From Eubacteriales bacterium (GTDB taxonomy: Bacteria; Bacillota; Clostridia; Oscillospirales; CAG-272), in contig JBGUUX010000049.1 of the NCBI GenBank assembly GCA_045133915.1, forward strand, positions 1 to 49,088: a stretch of DNA of 49,088 bases, in the 5' to 3' direction. Below the pieces are notes generated by a model. That model was not told the origin of the DNA, searched no databases, and saw only the letters and a list, made by a program, of their open reading frames with translations. Positions 46,701 through 49,088 of this stretch are shown here, piece by piece; positions within the stretch are counted from its first letter, which is position 1, and each line of letters begins with the position of its first letter. The translations under genes and the position numbers were made by a program.

Positions 46701-49088
46701 ATGAATATCACAAAAAGAGTGCTTGCTGTCTTAATGATCCTTGCAATGCTGCTCCCTACAATTCCGACTATCATCGTTGCAGCGGATGCTTCTGCAACCG
46801 TCTTCTTTAACTCTAACGGCGGTTCAGGCGGCCCCGGTAAGGTTACCGCAACAGTTGGAACTAAATTAACGATCCCTACACCCAATCCCACCAAGTCCGG
46901 AATGGTATTCCGTGGTTGGGCTACAACTGCAGAAAAAGCAGCAATAGGCGATATCGCTTATTCTGCAGGAACTTCTGTTACTGTAAACGGAGATATGACT
47001 CTGTATGCAAGTTACGCATACACGGTTACTCTCAAATGCGGTAACGAAGGTGCAGGAACAGCTTCCAAGACCCTTTACAAGTTCCCTGCTAAGGAGTTAA
47101 CTCTTTATCACGACAAGGCTACCGTAAAAGCAAACTACGGTATGTATCCCAAGAATAATGACCAGCGTTCCTTTATCGAATGGAACACCAAGCAGGATTC
47201 CACCACCTCCAAGGGTACCGGTACATCCTATTATCTCAATTACACAAATAACGCTTCCGTAACCCTCTATGCTATCTGGGGTTATCCCATCCAGTATAAC
47301 GCTGACGGCGGATACTTTCCTCTCACAGGTGACAGCATATTCCTCAAGTACGTTTGCGGTTATGACGACAATAACTATCAGAACCCCAAGACACTTTACG
47401 GTAACTTTGATTTCCCTCAGGGATCCAACAAACCCGTAAAGGACGGCTGCCGTCTTTACACACAAAGCGGAACCGTGTTCTACGCTCTGCTTTATGCTGA
47501 CTTATCATTTTTCACCACAGAAACCGCACAGCAGAACCTTACCATTCCTCCTACGGGCGGAAAGCTTCCCTGGAACGTATTCCATACCGCTACCACCGAA
47601 AACGGTACCACCGCAGTTGAGTTCCCCGCTATCTGGGAGCCCTCTGTAACCTATAAGGCAAACGGCGGTTCCGGCAAAGACGTGGTAGAATGGATCTCAT
47701 GGGACTGGGACGGTCTCCATATGTACAAGTCCTATAAAGTAAGAAGTAACAGTTTTACCAAATCAGGCGCTTCTTTTAAGGGTTGGAACACCGAGCCTGA
47801 CGGTAGCGGAAAAGCTTATGCCGCAGGCGCAACCATATATCACGATTCTTCAGACCCCATCGTACTTTACGCACAGTGGTCTGACGGCACCAAGGGTGCG
47901 CGCGCTACCGAAAAGCACACAGTAAGATTTGATGCCAACGGCGGCAGCAATGCTCCCGCTTCTCAGACCAAGTATTGGGGAACCATCCTCACCTTAACCA
48001 CCCAGACACCGGTACGTCCCGGATATAAGTTTATGGGTTGGGGTCCCGGTAAGTTCTCAAATACCGTAACGTATAAGCCCGGCGCTCTCTACGGTGTAGA
48101 CGTAGATTCCAAGCTCTATGCGGTATGGGAAGAGTGCAAGACTCACTCTTACGCAAAGGTATCCTCCACCGCATCTACCTGCACAACACAGGGCAAGGTT
48201 ACTTATACTTGTTCAGTCTGCAAGCTGAGCTATGACGAATACCTTGATTATACTCACACCTGGGGCAGCTGGAAATCTAACGGCAACGGTACCGATTCCA
48301 GAAGCTGTACCGTATGCGGTACTACCGAAACCAGGGACGCGCTGTGCAACCACGTATACGATAACGGCAAGGTAACTCAAGACGCTACTTGTACCAAGAT
48401 AGGCGTTAAGACCTACACATGTACTCTCTGCGGCGAAAGCTACGAAGAAAGCATCGCTATGCTGAAGCATTCCTTTACAAACTACGTTTCCGATAACAAC
48501 GCAACCTGTAAGAATGATTCAACAGCAAGAGCATACTGTGATTACGGTTGCGGCAGATATTCGCTGACCGTTGAAAAAGGAACAAAGCTGGATCACGTAT
48601 TTACAACCTATACCTTTGACAACAATGCAACCTGTAATAGCTCTGGAACACAAACCGCGTACTGTGATTTCGGTTGTAATAACACCAACACCATACCTTA
48701 TGACGGCGATACCGTTGAACATAAGTATACCGTATACACATCCAACGCAGACGCTACCTGTACTACAGACGGCACAAAGACCGCTTACTGCGACTACGGT
48801 TGTAACAACAGTGTAACAGTACCCGACGAGGGCTCCAAGCTCGGTCATAATTTTGGCACCTGGATAATCACAACACCTCCCACAACCACGTCAAGCGGTG
48901 TTGAAACAAAATATTGCAGCCGTTGTGACGCTACCGAAACAAGATCGGTTCCTAAGATCGGTGCACCCGTCATTTCTATTGACAATTACACCGTAACCAT
49001 CACCAATGCGAACCTTATCAAAGATATAAGATACGCAGTAGGAACTTACTCTACCGGTACCGCAATCAAAGCAGCCGAGGGCAACGTA
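46701..49088 (+). CDS. Large secreted/surface protein with InlB B-type (Listeria-Bacteroides) repeats and Cys/His-rich repeats; 3'-truncated and absent from the ORF track
   Basis: Hand translation is open for 796 codons to the window end: signal peptide MNITKRVLAVLMILAMLL..; repeats F(N/D)xNGG..F.GW..LYAxW; then seven H..(A)TC..G..C-x2/3-C units. Confidence 0.9.
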   Translation, partial: MNITKRVLAVLMILAMLLPTIPTIIVAADASATVFFNSNGGSGGPGKVTATVGTKLTIPTPNPTKSGMVFRGWATTAEKAAIGDIAYSAGTSVTVNGDMTLYASYAYTVTLKCGNEGAGTASKTLYKFPAKELTLYHDKATVKANYGMYPKNNDQRSFIEWNTKQDSTTSKGTGTSYYLNYTNNASVTLYAIWGYPIQYNADGGYFPLTGDSIFLKYVCGYDDNNYQNPKTLYGNFDFPQGSNKPVKDGCRLYTQSGTVFYALLYADLSFFTTETAQQNLTIPPTGGKLPWNVFHTATTENGTTAVEFPAIWEPSVTYKANGGSGKDVVEWISWDWDGLHMYKSYKVRSNSFTKSGASFKGWNTEPDGSGKAYAAGATIYHDSSDPIVLYAQWSDGTKGARATEKHTVRFDANGGSNAPASQTKYWGTILTLTTQTPVRPGYKFMGWGPGKFSNTVTYKPGALYGVDVDSKLYAVWEECKTHSYAKVSSTASTCTTQGKVTYTCSVCKLSYDEYLDYTHTWGSWKSNGNGTDSRSCTVCGTTETRDALCNHVYDNGKVTQDATCTKIGVKTYTCTLCGESYEESIAMLKHSFTNYVSDNNATCKNDSTARAYCDYGCGRYSLTVEKGTKLDHVFTTYTFDNNATCNSSGTQTAYCDFGCNNTNTIPYDGDTVEHKYTVYTSNADATCTTDGTKTAYCDYGCNNSVTVPDEGSKLGHNFGTWIITTPPTTTSSGVETKYCSRCDATETRSVPKIGAPVISIDNYTVTITNANLIKDIRYAVGTYSTGTAIKAAEGNV

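Noticed and set aside
48460-48850. Nucleotide-level repeats (gcaacctgtaa, tactgtgatt) suggesting a CRISPR-like array or DGR repeats
   Set aside because: They are in-frame coding repeats of the Cys/His modules; no constant repeat-spacer pattern and no cas or reverse transcriptase gene in the window.

Overview
Chromosomal, mostly housekeeping window from an anaerobic Firmicute (Clostridia-like gene content, sigma-A promoters, PyrR attenuator; taxonomy is inferred). Left to right: a truncated Gfo/Idh/MocA oxidoreductase; a yeiH-type exporter with a divergent LysR regulator; uvrB and uvrA; an AT-richer GT2 plus GT-C glycosylation pair; an XRE regulator; a MATE transporter with a FlaR-like P-loop kinase; a cdaR-ftsE-ftsX-M23-ctpA-greA-lysS run; three more Gfo/Idh/MocA genes; a ~21 kb co-oriented pyrimidine+purine supercluster (PyrR attenuator, pyrC carA carB pyrK pyrD pyrF pyrE pyrB pyrI, ZMP/ZTP riboswitch, purE purM purN purO-like purH purD purL fhs); and the 5' part of a large secreted repeat protein missing from the ORF track. 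No CRISPR array, tRNA, rRNA, transposase or integrase was seen. Best leads: (1) CarA is full length but has lost its glutaminase triad (GICLGHQ to GISLGFE; FHPE to FEVD), suggesting an ammonia-dependent carbamoyl-phosphate synthetase; (2) a ~75-nt structured element recurs directly after the stop codons of lysS, purH and purM; (3) uvrB and uvrA promoters share a 22/24-nt motif and lack a LexA box; (4) LysRS carries a MetRS/Trbp111-type C-terminal domain. All family calls come from motif recognition by eye; no searches were run.
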